Source: Candidatus Stercoripulliclostridium sp. (lineage in GTDB: Bacteria; Bacillota; Clostridia; Christensenellales; DTU072). From it: a stretch of 35,776 nucleotides of DNA. Positions 7,989 through 16,891 of this stretch are shown one piece after another. Numbering within the stretch: the stretch's first letter is position 1; every line of letters starts with the position of its first letter. The stretch spans positions 1 through 35,776 of the forward strand of contig JAZRAN010000154.1 of the NCBI GenBank assembly GCA_045634605.1, given 5' to 3'. A program made the position numbers and the translations under genes. The notes under the pieces are model-generated. The model was not told where the DNA came from. It did no database searches and saw nothing but the letters and a program-made list of their open reading frames with translations.

Positions 7989-8531
7989 CTAGTTCCTTTC
8001 TTTTTCTTTGAGCGCTCCGTACTTCAAGATAGCGTAGCAAGTTTTGCCGTCCTTTATCTCTCCTTTTAGCACCATATCGTACGCTTCCCTAAACGGCATA
8101 CGGATTACGTCTAGGAATTCTCCTTCGTCAAGATGCGCTCCAACCTTCTTTAAATCGGTTGCAATAAAGATATAAAGTGGCTCGTTAGTATACCCGGGCG
8201 TAGGATAAAGCAACCCAAACTCTCTAACACTACCACTAAGCCCCGTTTCTTCTTCTAGTTCCCTACTCGCAGTAACGATAGGCGCTTCGCCAATCTCCAG
8301 CTTGCCTGCAGGTATTTCTAGTAGCTCTTCACGGTACGCATACCTATACTGCCTAACAAGATAAACGTACTCATCTTCATCAACGGCAAGAATTCCCGCG
8401 CCACCACGATGCTCAACGTACTCTCGTTTTGCGCTCTTCCCATCGGGAGTTATGATATCGTCTACGCGAAGTGTCAAAATCTTACCGGAATAGACAACGT
8501 TTTTATTAACTTCTTTTTCTTCGTAGCTCAT
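7989..8531 (-). CDS. nudF: Nudix hydrolase, ADP-ribose pyrophosphatase-like
   Basis: 180 aa. The Nudix box GKLEIGEAPIVTASRELEEETGL matches GX5EX7REUXEEXGU, and the overall NudF-like layout is present. Confidence 0.8.
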   Translation of the reverse strand: MSYEEKEVNKNVVYSGKILTLRVDDIITPDGKSAKREYVEHRGGAGILAVDEDEYVYLVRQYRYAYREELLEIPAGKLEIGEAPIVTASRELEEETGLSGSVREFGLLYPTPGYTNEPLYIFIATDLKKVGAHLDEGEFLDVIRMPFREAYDMVLKGEIKDGKTCYAILKYGALKEKERN

Positions 8532-8577
8532 AACGTTAGTGTGGGTCGGTTTTATCCGACCCCGTATCTTTTTTAAC

Positions 8578-11529
8578 TTATTCTTTTATTAGGAAAGTCT
8601 TAATTTCAAAAGGCTTAAAAGTAATTCCTTCCAACTTTGTTTCCCCTATTACTTGCTCTATAAGGTTGGTTTCATATACTTTTCCTTGTAGCGCCGTCGT
8701 TATGGTTGCAGTATGTTCAACACCACTATCTTCATACGCTCTAACGATAATGCCACTGCCGTCTTCCGCTCTCTTTACGGTTTCTATTACAACGTGCTTA
8801 TCGCTTGAAGCGAACAATGATTCCATATCAAAAGCTCTGTCCGTTAGGAATAATCCGTTATTGTATCTATAAGCTACCGCTTGAACGTTCGCTTCATTGT
8901 AATCGCCTTGGTGCGGGTATAAAGCATACTTTATAGTATGCGTGCCACGGTCCGCATTGGGGTCGGGATATACGGGCGAACGGAGTAGGTTAAGGCTCAT
9001 TAATCCTTCCTTTACTCTCCAACCATATTTACTGCCCGTCAAAATTGCAAAGCCTTCTCCGCCTTCAGATACGTCAACCCACTTGTGAGCGCAAATTTCA
9101 AACTGCGCTTTTTCCACTTTGGTTTCATTTTTGGTAGAACGCTTCAAATTACCCATTTGAATATCGCAAGTTACTTGGTCGGCGAACACTCTTGGACGGA
9201 AATCCGCGCGGAGCATCTTATGCGTTTCATTCCAATCAACGATAGTTTCAAAGTCAACTAGCGGGCATCCTAATCTCAAAATAACCTTTTGTATTATCTT
9301 GGATTTACCATACTTGTATACGTTTTCACGGATAATTTGACCATCATCCACCTTGACGATTTTATCAATCAGCTTGAATTCCGCAGGTGATTGCTTGGTG
9401 TAATTAATGTCGATATCCCATGCGTTATAATGCAATCTTTTATCCTTATAAACGTTAAGTTTGTTGAGATACGTACCTACGTGTTCTTTTTCCGTCTTCT
9501 TTTCATATAGACTTCTAATATTGCCCGCTTCGTCAAACTTTACAACGTATACGTCGTTTTCAATTGTATCGTCGGTATATTTGAAGGGGGACTTCTCGGG
9601 CGCTACGTATGGAGTTAGCGTTGCTACGCTATAGGGGGCGACGTCTACTACGTACCACTTATCTTTGTAGCACTCCAAACCTTTTGCTTGGTAAGAAGTA
9701 AAGTTTACCGCGCTCGGTACTTCCGCCTTGGGAGCAAGGAAAGCAAGAATATCATCGCGGATGGTTGCAAGCTCGCGTAACATCTCGTCATATCGAGCTT
9801 GTGACTCTACGTAAACACGGTTAATAGAACTTCCGGGGATGATGTCGTGGAATTGGTAAAGTAATACTTCCTTCCAAATTTCATCAAGTTGCGCCTTGGG
9901 ATATTCGTATCCCTTAACACTAGCGATAGTTGCAAGAAACTCTACGTTATGGAGCATAAACTCTATCTTGCGGTTACCCAATTTATTCTTTGATTGGGTA
10001 GTATAGGTTCCTTGGTGTTTTTCTAGATATAGTTCGCCTTTATGCCTTACAAGCTTATCCTTTTGAGCGCCCAGTACATCAAAGTAGTCTATTGCGTTAG
10101 CAAGTTTTACGTTAGGTAGCCCCTTCATAGAGCTTGCGCGTTTGAGCATTTCTATATGTCCTTCACCGGGACCGCCACCGCCGTCACCTACGCCGTAAAG
10201 CAAACCGAATTCCTTTATTTTATCTTTTTCCGGGAAATTGTTGATTGCATTAGAGAAACTCCACGCGTGTCCTTCCGAGTTATACGTTTCATCGGGTGGC
10301 ATATGTACCACAACTTCACTGTCGTCTATACCTTCCCAAATGAATGCGCGATGCGGGAATTTATTGTGCTCGTTCCAAGAAAGCTTAATCGTTTCAAAGT
10401 AATCCATACCGCATTTCTTTAGTATTTGCGGTAGGTTTCCACTAAAACCAAATACGTCGGGTAGCCAGCACATACGCATTTCTTTGCCAAACTTTTCCAG
10501 CCAATACTTTTTGCCGTATAGATTTTGACGGATTAGCGACTCACCGGACGTAACGTTCGTATCGCACTCAACCCACATACCGCCTTGGACTTCTAGTTGT
10601 CCACGCGCAACTGCTCCTTGAAGTTCCTTGAATAGCTCCGGATATCTTCTTTCTATCCACTCAAATTGTTGCGGTTGGCTTGCGCCGAATATAAATTCGG
10701 GATAGCGTTCCATATTGCGAAGTTGGGAAGTAAACGTTCTTGACGCCTTTCTCTTAGTTTCGCGAATAGGCCATAACCAAGCAAGGTCAAGGTGGGCGTG
10801 ACCGGTTGCGTAAATAGTAAACGGATTGTCTTCGCCTACTTCGTATTCCGCTCTAAATATCTTTTGCGCTTCTTGGAAGTTTCCTTTTCCGGCAAGTCCC
10901 AAACCTTTGCGCAAAGACTTCTTTATAGACGCGCGCTTTTCTTTTTTACAAGCATCGTCGGTTGCTTGGAAAACTAGCGCCAAAGCATCGTAATACGTTT
11001 CCTTCGCTTCTTCATTGATGACAACTATATCCGCTTGTCTAAACATAGCGGGCTTGTCTATGTCGCCCAGCGGATGGTTATTACCACAATCCATCCATAA
11101 ATCTATCTTTTCGTTTCCTTCTGCGCAATCGGTAATTTCATATAGTTTCTTACCACGAGCAGGTTGAGCAAACTCTACAACGGCAGAAAGATAAGTTATG
11201 CCACGGCTTGGTTTTCCATCCGGAGTATAGATGCAACCCTCGCCACCAATTGCAATTAGTACTCCAACCTTCTTGCCCTTTGCTTTTTCCGGTATTTCTC
11301 CTTTAAGATGGAACCATGCGGACTCGTAGCATTTTTTAGACCATACTTGTCCCGTAGTTATCGTACGATAAGAAAGTTCTTCCCTATCTTCAAACTCAAT
11401 GGGCTCTGGGGTGGGTGAATACTCTGCCGACAAAGAGCCAATCTTAGTGTAGCACTTGCCTGCGAGCTTAAACAAATTAAGGTCAAAGCCGTTACCAAAA
11501 ATATATCTAACGATATTTGATGCTTTCAT
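8578..11529 (-). CDS. GH38 family alpha-mannosidase (cytoplasmic; no signal peptide)
   Basis: 983 aa. It carries the GH38 catalytic signature ATGHAHLDLAWLWP, plus WLPDVFGFSGNLPQIL and YQFHDIIPGSSI. The RBS is AGGAGG. Confidence 0.9.
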   Translation of the reverse strand: MKASNIVRYIFGNGFDLNLFKLAGKCYTKIGSLSAEYSPTPEPIEFEDREELSYRTITTGQVWSKKCYESAWFHLKGEIPEKAKGKKVGVLIAIGGEGCIYTPDGKPSRGITYLSAVVEFAQPARGKKLYEITDCAEGNEKIDLWMDCGNNHPLGDIDKPAMFRQADIVVINEEAKETYYDALALVFQATDDACKKEKRASIKKSLRKGLGLAGKGNFQEAQKIFRAEYEVGEDNPFTIYATGHAHLDLAWLWPIRETKRKASRTFTSQLRNMERYPEFIFGASQPQQFEWIERRYPELFKELQGAVARGQLEVQGGMWVECDTNVTSGESLIRQNLYGKKYWLEKFGKEMRMCWLPDVFGFSGNLPQILKKCGMDYFETIKLSWNEHNKFPHRAFIWEGIDDSEVVVHMPPDETYNSEGHAWSFSNAINNFPEKDKIKEFGLLYGVGDGGGGPGEGHIEMLKRASSMKGLPNVKLANAIDYFDVLGAQKDKLVRHKGELYLEKHQGTYTTQSKNKLGNRKIEFMLHNVEFLATIASVKGYEYPKAQLDEIWKEVLLYQFHDIIPGSSINRVYVESQARYDEMLRELATIRDDILAFLAPKAEVPSAVNFTSYQAKGLECYKDKWYVVDVAPYSVATLTPYVAPEKSPFKYTDDTIENDVYVVKFDEAGNIRSLYEKKTEKEHVGTYLNKLNVYKDKRLHYNAWDIDINYTKQSPAEFKLIDKIVKVDDGQIIRENVYKYGKSKIIQKVILRLGCPLVDFETIVDWNETHKMLRADFRPRVFADQVTCDIQMGNLKRSTKNETKVEKAQFEICAHKWVDVSEGGEGFAILTGSKYGWRVKEGLMSLNLLRSPVYPDPNADRGTHTIKYALYPHQGDYNEANVQAVAYRYNNGLFLTDRAFDMESLFASSDKHVVIETVKRAEDGSGIIVRAYEDSGVEHTATITTALQGKVYETNLIEQVIGETKLEGITFKPFEIKTFLIKE

Positions 11530-11575
11530 TTCATCCTCCTAGTTTGAATAGGCGACTCAGCGCGCTATTTATTAT

Positions 11576-11604
11576 ATTATACTACGCGCACGTGTAAAAA
11601 GCAA
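11576..11604 (-). promoter_or_regulatory. Promoter of the mannosidase-nudF unit
   Basis: The minus strand reads TTGCTT (11604-11599), 17 nt, TATAAT (11581-11576). Confidence 0.55.
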
Positions 11605-11633
11605 TATGCAATTTTTAAGGTCGATTTAAGCAT

Positions 11634-11662
11634 AAAAAAACGCCGTACCTAACGATACGGCG
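11634..11662 (-). terminator. Rho-independent terminator after potD
   Basis: The minus-strand RNA reads CGCCGUA-ucguuagg-UACGGCG followed by UUUUUUU. The stems are 11641-11647 / 11656-11662. Confidence 0.7.
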
Positions 11663-11681
11663 CCGTTATCTTAATATAAGG

Positions 11682-13061
11682 TTATTCGGCTTTTTCTTCG
11701 ACTTCCATTTCTTCCGCTTTCTTTATTAGGCGTCTATATTGTGAAGGTCTATGCGTAATACCAAAGTATACGCCTACGCAAACTATAACTGCGCCCACAA
11801 TGCCTATTAACGTCCAAAGCATCCACATATTGTCTTGTTGCGAGCCTTTTACCCTTTCCCACATTTTTATGGTGGCGGGATTTCTTTCTCCAAAATCTTT
11901 CATAACGCCAAGCACGGTAGCCGTTGCTATATCCGGATAACGTAGCTCGTCTTCGAAATATTCGTCTAGTTCGTATTCATTTTCTTCTACGATTGCTAAT
12001 GCGTCTTCATCTTGGAGTATCGCGTCTTTGTCGACTGCGGAAGTGTAACCTATTGCCATTGCGTTACGCATAGCAATATCGGGACGGCAAATGTAATCTA
12101 GGAACATATACGCGGCGTCTACGTTTTGAGCGTCGTTTAACATTACCCATCCGTCAAACCAAATATTGCCACCGATTTCCGGCACGAAATAGTCAAGATT
12201 ATAACCACCGTTGTCTTCCATTGCCCATAGCGCGTCACCCGACCAAGCAAGGTCAACGTAGGCTCTTCCAGAAGTCATTTGCGCTTTACCAAAGTCAACT
12301 TCATATCCTTTTAGTACGGAGTTTTGCTCAAGAAGTATTTGTTCAACGGCTCCTAGCATCGTATCATCAACAGTGTTAATTAATTCTTGAACGGATAGAT
12401 TTTCGTATCCCGAAGGAAGTCTTTCTGTTTCCTTAAGACGCATTACCGCTGCAACGTAACTGTCACGAATAGAGTCTTTCATCAAGATTTTACCTTGTAG
12501 CTCGGGGTTTCCCGCAGAGTTCCAAAGCAAGCCGTAGCCTTCCGCTAAATCTTCTTCCGTTACAACGTCAGCGTTGTATAAAATACCGAGCGTGCCCCAC
12601 ATGTAGGGAACGAAGTAGTCGACCATGCTTTCACTTTCGCCGACACCGGGGACGTCGATTCCGGTGAACACTTCCGCAACCTTAGCATAAATATCTTGCT
12701 CGATATTACCATAAGTGGAAATCTTTGAGTAGTCCAGTTTCTTTAGGTGTCCGCCTTCCATTAGTTTTTGTATGGCGTATTCAGACGGACAAATAAGGTC
12801 TATTTTCTCTTCGCCCTTCTCTATTGCGGTAAGCATTATTTCGTTGGTTTCAAACGTAGAATATACTACGTCCAAAGGCTTGCCAGTTACTTCTTGATAA
12901 TAGGCTTCAAAGTCTTCTTCCAAGTCTTCATCAATATAGTCACCCCAGTTGTATATAACCAAGGTATTTCCTTCATCCGCATAGGAGCAACCTGCAAGAC
13001 CGCTAAAAGCAAAAACGCTAAGGAGCAATAAAATGAACGCTAGGGTTAACTTTCTTTTCAT
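11682..13061 (-). CDS. potD: Spermidine/putrescine ABC transporter substrate-binding lipoprotein, with an extra C-terminal TM helix
   Basis: 459 aa. The signal ends in the lipobox LAGC (Cys25). PotD-like VIYNWGDYIDEDL is present. A C-terminal hydrophobic segment MWMLWTLIGIVGAVIVCVGVYFGI is followed by HRPSQYRRLIKK. Confidence 0.85.
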   Translation of the reverse strand: MKRKLTLAFILLLLSVFAFSGLAGCSYADEGNTLVIYNWGDYIDEDLEEDFEAYYQEVTGKPLDVVYSTFETNEIMLTAIEKGEEKIDLICPSEYAIQKLMEGGHLKKLDYSKISTYGNIEQDIYAKVAEVFTGIDVPGVGESESMVDYFVPYMWGTLGILYNADVVTEEDLAEGYGLLWNSAGNPELQGKILMKDSIRDSYVAAVMRLKETERLPSGYENLSVQELINTVDDTMLGAVEQILLEQNSVLKGYEVDFGKAQMTSGRAYVDLAWSGDALWAMEDNGGYNLDYFVPEIGGNIWFDGWVMLNDAQNVDAAYMFLDYICRPDIAMRNAMAIGYTSAVDKDAILQDEDALAIVEENEYELDEYFEDELRYPDIATATVLGVMKDFGERNPATIKMWERVKGSQQDNMWMLWTLIGIVGAVIVCVGVYFGITHRPSQYRRLIKKAEEMEVEEKAE

Positions 13062-13870
13062 TATTTACCCTCCTTCTTTTTAGCGTCAGATTTGTAGGAG
13101 CGGAAGTTGGAAAACAGCACTACAAAGACGACAATGACTATAATGATACTAAATACGGGCAACCAGAAAGGCTTTAATCCGCTTGCATTGCGTAGAGAGC
13201 CATAAAGGTAGGTAGATAAAGTATCTATTCCCGTAGAAGAACCCTTCGTTAATTGGGTAATAATAAAGTCGTCTAGAGAAATGGTAAACGCCATTGCAAA
13301 ACCACTTATAACACCGGGAAGAATAGTCGGTATTATTACCTTAAAAAGCGCTTTAATGGGGCTTGCGCCTAGGTCCAATGCCGCTTCATAAATATTGGGG
13401 TCCATTTGCATTAAGCGGGGCATTACGGAAAGAATAACGTAAGGCGTACAGAACGAAACGTGTCCTATAATCAACCTAACGTAACCTTGTGGGAACCCAA
13501 ACGTAGCAAAGAACAACATCAATGAAACCGCCATAACGATTTCCGAGTTGATGATTGGAAGTTGGTTAACGTTCTCTACTATCCTACGAGCTCTAGGTTT
13601 TAGGTAGTAAATACCTACTGCGCTTATGGAACCTATAAGCGTTGCTAACACGCTTGAAACAACCGCTATAATTATGGTATTGAGCATACTGTCCCAAAGC
13701 TTTCTTGGAGCGTTAGTAAAGAGTTGTACGTATGCTTCAAACGTAAAACCTTCGGGGAACGTAAAGTTATTCGTGTTAGAAAACGAATAGATTATAATCA
13801 TCAAGATGGGCGCGTAGAGTATGCCCAGCATTAAGAAAATATAACCTTTTTCTGCAATCTTTCTTACCAT
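13061..13870 (-). CDS. potC: Spermidine/putrescine ABC transporter permease
   Basis: 269 aa with about 6 TM segments. The EAA loop reads EAALDLGASPIKALFKVIIPTILPG. It overlaps potB by 7 nt and potD by 1 nt. Confidence 0.9.
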   Translation of the reverse strand: MVRKIAEKGYIFLMLGILYAPILMIIIYSFSNTNNFTFPEGFTFEAYVQLFTNAPRKLWDSMLNTIIIAVVSSVLATLIGSISAVGIYYLKPRARRIVENVNQLPIINSEIVMAVSLMLFFATFGFPQGYVRLIIGHVSFCTPYVILSVMPRLMQMDPNIYEAALDLGASPIKALFKVIIPTILPGVISGFAMAFTISLDDFIITQLTKGSSTGIDTLSTYLYGSLRNASGLKPFWLPVFSIIIVIVVFVVLFSNFRSYKSDAKKKEGK

Positions 13871-14685
13871 AGATTCTTCGCCGCCTCCCCTTTATTTATT
13901 TTGTTCATAAAGAAGTTGGAAATGAGAACGAGAGCAAGCATTATCAAACTCATAACGGAGCCTACGCCATAGAGTTGTTCGCCTGCGTGGAATTTTAGGT
14001 TGATACTATCGCCAAATAGCATAATGCTATTATTAGAGAGCATTTCGCTTATTGCAAAGGCGCTTATGGTAGGAATAAATACCATTGTAATACCACTTAT
14101 TATGCCGGGCAAGGAAAGCGGTAAAGTCGTCTTAAAGAAGGTTTGGATGGGGCTTGCGCCTAAATCTTGGGACGCTTCCTTGTAGCTCTTATCTATGTTA
14201 CTAATCGTGGTATGCAGTGGCATTATCATAAACGGTATAAAGTTATATACCATACCGAAAATTACCGTCCCTATGCCAAGCGTCGTACCCATATTTTCAA
14301 ATATGGTTTGTAGCGCATAAGTGCGGATTAGGAAGTTAACCCACATAGGTAGTAAGAATAGCATAACGACAACGCTACCACTCTTCCATCTTGCCAGAAT
14401 ATACGCTACAGGATATCCTAAAAGCAGGCAAATCAACGTAGTTATGATGCCAACCACGATAGAAATTCCCAGTATTTCCAAGCTAGAGCCGTCGGTAGCA
14501 AGGTCAACAAAGTTTTGTAGCGTAATTTTACCTTCTTGCAAAAATGCGTTAATAAGCACAATGACAAGGGGCGTCACTACGAATAAAAGTAAGAATAGAA
14601 TATAAGGATAAGCGAACACCCTACGAGTAAGGCGGAAATTCTTAACCTTATCTATTGCTTTTTTCGATAGGTCATTGAATTTCAT
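13864..14685 (-). CDS. potB: Spermidine/putrescine ABC transporter permease
   Basis: 273 aa. The EAA loop reads EASQDLGASPIQTFFKTTLPLSLPG. It shares a TAATG overlap with potA. Confidence 0.9.
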   Translation of the reverse strand: MKFNDLSKKAIDKVKNFRLTRRVFAYPYILFLLLFVVTPLVIVLINAFLQEGKITLQNFVDLATDGSSLEILGISIVVGIITTLICLLLGYPVAYILARWKSGSVVVMLFLLPMWVNFLIRTYALQTIFENMGTTLGIGTVIFGMVYNFIPFMIMPLHTTISNIDKSYKEASQDLGASPIQTFFKTTLPLSLPGIISGITMVFIPTISAFAISEMLSNNSIMLFGDSINLKFHAGEQLYGVGSVMSLIMLALVLISNFFMNKINKGEAAKNLW

Positions 14686-16175
14686 TATTCTTCATCCTTC
14701 TTTTCTATTTGTTCTATAATGATTTTATCAGGAGCAACGGAAAGTCCTACTCTATCGCCCTTTAGCCAATCGTCATCGGTATCTACGAAGAAGTTGTAGT
14801 AATTATCCGCTCTTATTATGCATTGATAATAACTTCCTTTATAAATAGAAGAAACGACTTCGCCACCTATGATGCCGTCTTCTTCGTCATCGTGAACGAT
14901 AACGTCGTCAAAATCGATAGAAACCTTGACGGGAGTGCCACTTGGTAAAGTAGAATTACAGGGGAATTTGCCACCGCAAATTTCTACTACGCCTTCATCC
15001 CACATTTCCGTTTCGATTTCGTTTATGATGCGAGCCTTATGCATAATATGTAGGTCGAAAGGTTTGACGTAAATGCCTATTTCATCCCCTACTTTAACTT
15101 CCGTATTGTCGTGTATTAGAAGTTCGTTTACGTCTTCCTTTCCTTCCACTAACGCTACTATTTGATAGTGGTCGCCCTTGAATACGCAACTATCTACTTT
15201 GCCTACCATCATAACCGCTTGGTTGTCGCTAGGTAAAACGTAAATGTCTTCGGGACGTATGATTACGTCGATAGGCTCGTCTTTCTTAAAGCCTTTATCT
15301 ACGCACTCAAACTCTTTATCAAAGAATTCTACCACGCAGTCCTTTCTCATAATGCCACTAAATATGTTAGATTCACCTATAAAGTCCGCTACGAAAGCGT
15401 TAGCAGGCTCATCGTATATCTTTTGGGGCGTTGCAATTTGTTGGATGACACCGTCGCGCATAACGACTATTGTATCGCTCATAGTAAGAGCTTCTTCTTG
15501 GTCGTGGGTAACGTAAACAAAGGTTATGCCTAGTTTCTTGTGCATACTCATAAGTTCTATTTGCATATCCTTTCTCATCTTTAGGTCAAGAGCGCCTAGG
15601 GGCTCGTCAAGGAGCAAAACTTCGGGCTCGTTAACAAGGGCTCTAGCAATGGCTACGCGTTGTTGTTGACCGCCTGAAAGGCTGTTAACGTTACGATGAC
15701 CGTAATCTTCTAGGTCAACTAGTTTGAGCGCATAGTCAACCTTATTCTTTATTTCCGCCTTGGTAAGTTTTCTTAGCTTTTCATAAAGGTTGCCTTTTCT
15801 GTCTTTGACGGTTTCTCCGGTCGGTATCTTCTTATTCTTCAAGCCAAAAGCAATGTTATTGAACACGTTCAAATGGGGAAACAACGCATACTTTTGGAAT
15901 ACCGTATTAACGGGACGCAAATGCGGGGGCGTTTCCGTAATGTCTTTACCATTGAACAAAACGGTACCGGAAGTCGGTTTTTCGAACCCTGCTATCATAC
16001 GCAAGGTAGTAGACTTACCGCAACCCGAAGGTCCTAGGAAAGTGACGAATTCTCCGCGTTTTACGGAAAAACTGACGTTCTTAACGGCAGGCTTGCCGTC
16101 ATATTCTTTTTGAACGTTCTTCAACTCAATAATTACGTCTTTTGCTTGAACTGCTTCTTTTGTTTGCTTGCTCAT
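14685..16175 (-). CDS. potA: Spermidine/putrescine ABC transporter ATPase, extended form (496 aa)
   Basis: Walker A GPSGCGKST, Q-loop VFQKYALFPH, signature LSGGQQQRVAIARAL, Walker B LLLDEPL and H-loop VYVTHDQ are all present. The C-terminal region shows two TOBE-like segments. Confidence 0.9.
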   Translation of the reverse strand: MSKQTKEAVQAKDVIIELKNVQKEYDGKPAVKNVSFSVKRGEFVTFLGPSGCGKSTTLRMIAGFEKPTSGTVLFNGKDITETPPHLRPVNTVFQKYALFPHLNVFNNIAFGLKNKKIPTGETVKDRKGNLYEKLRKLTKAEIKNKVDYALKLVDLEDYGHRNVNSLSGGQQQRVAIARALVNEPEVLLLDEPLGALDLKMRKDMQIELMSMHKKLGITFVYVTHDQEEALTMSDTIVVMRDGVIQQIATPQKIYDEPANAFVADFIGESNIFSGIMRKDCVVEFFDKEFECVDKGFKKDEPIDVIIRPEDIYVLPSDNQAVMMVGKVDSCVFKGDHYQIVALVEGKEDVNELLIHDNTEVKVGDEIGIYVKPFDLHIMHKARIINEIETEMWDEGVVEICGGKFPCNSTLPSGTPVKVSIDFDDVIVHDDEEDGIIGGEVVSSIYKGSYYQCIIRADNYYNFFVDTDDDWLKGDRVGLSVAPDKIIIEQIEKKDEE

Positions 16176-16183
16176 TTTTACTC

Positions 16184-16717
16184 CTAAAAGTTGCTAGGTG
16201 TTGTCACCCAAATAATTTTTGCTTCTTTTGCGCCTACGTTTACTATTTTATGTTCGTGCGCTCCATCGATATAGAATGCTTCTCCGCGCTTAGCGGTATG
16301 AGTTTTACCATCCGATTCTACCGAGATTTTACCTTCCAAAACGTAACCAAACTCTTCTCCTTCAAACGGATATCTTACGTCAGACTCACCATTTTCCGGC
16401 AAAACCAATAAGATAGGTTCCATATCGTTCTTTTGTGAGTTAGGTATAAGCCACGTTGCGCTACCCGTGCCGTTTTGTGAAAGGAAGAAGTCATTTTTAC
16501 CAAACACTACTTGTTCTTCCCTTTCTTCCGCAAAAAAGGCCTGTAACGTAACGCCCAGTACGTTAAGGATATCCATAAGAGTCGCAATAGACGGAGATGC
16601 CAGGTCGTTTTCTAGCTGACTTATATAGCCTTTGGTAAGCTCCGCTCTCATTGCAAGTTCTTCTTGCGTTAATCCTCTACGCAATCTAATCGATTTTATC
16701 TTTGCGCCAATTTCCAT
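16184..16717 (-). CDS. XRE-family HTH plus cupin transcriptional regulator (PuuR-like), first gene of the pot operon
   Basis: The HTH reads IKSIRLRRGLTQEELAMRAELTKGYISQLEN, and the C-terminal cupin reads GEEFGYVLEGKISVE...GEAFYIDGAHEHKIVN. I place the start at ATG 16717 (GGAG 6 nt upstream) rather than the track's GTG at 16729. Its TAG stop overlaps the potA RBS. Confidence 0.85.
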   Translation of the reverse strand: MEIGAKIKSIRLRRGLTQEELAMRAELTKGYISQLENDLASPSIATLMDILNVLGVTLQAFFAEEREEQVVFGKNDFFLSQNGTGSATWLIPNSQKNDMEPILLVLPENGESDVRYPFEGEEFGYVLEGKISVESDGKTHTAKRGEAFYIDGAHEHKIVNVGAKEAKIIWVTTPSNF

Positions 16718-16758
16718 AATTTTCTCCACGTTTGCGTATACCTACGCATTATAAAATA

Positions 16759-16787
16759 ATGATACCAACAATGCTTAATACTGTCAA
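16759..16787 (-). promoter_or_regulatory. Promoter of the regulator-potABCD operon
   Basis: The minus strand reads TTGACA (16787-16782), 17 nt, TATCAT (16764-16759). Confidence 0.5.
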
Positions 16788-16794
16788 TAATTTT

Positions 16795-16836
16795 GTTTAA
16801 TTTTATTAAACTTATTTTTGTTTAGTATTATTAAAC
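16795..16836. promoter_or_regulatory. Two copies of a 17-bp inverted repeat, GTTTAAT-N3-ATTAAAC (candidate operators)
   Basis: 16795-16811 is GTTTAATTTTATTAAAC, with perfect 7-bp arms. 16820-16836 is GTTTAGTATTATTAAAC, with 6/7 arms. The copies are 15/17 identical, their centres are 25 bp apart, and they lie just upstream of the -35. Confidence 0.35.
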
Positions 16837-16850
16837 TTTTTATTAAATAT

Positions 16851-16875
16851 AAAAAGCGGAAGGCGGTTGCCTTCC
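16851..16875 (-). terminator. Rho-independent terminator of the giant gene
   Basis: The minus-strand RNA reads GGAAGGC-aacc-GCCUUCC followed by GCUUUUU. The stems are 16858-16864 / 16869-16875, 16 nt after the TAA stop. Confidence 0.75.
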
Positions 16876-16891
16876 CCTTTCATTGTGATAA

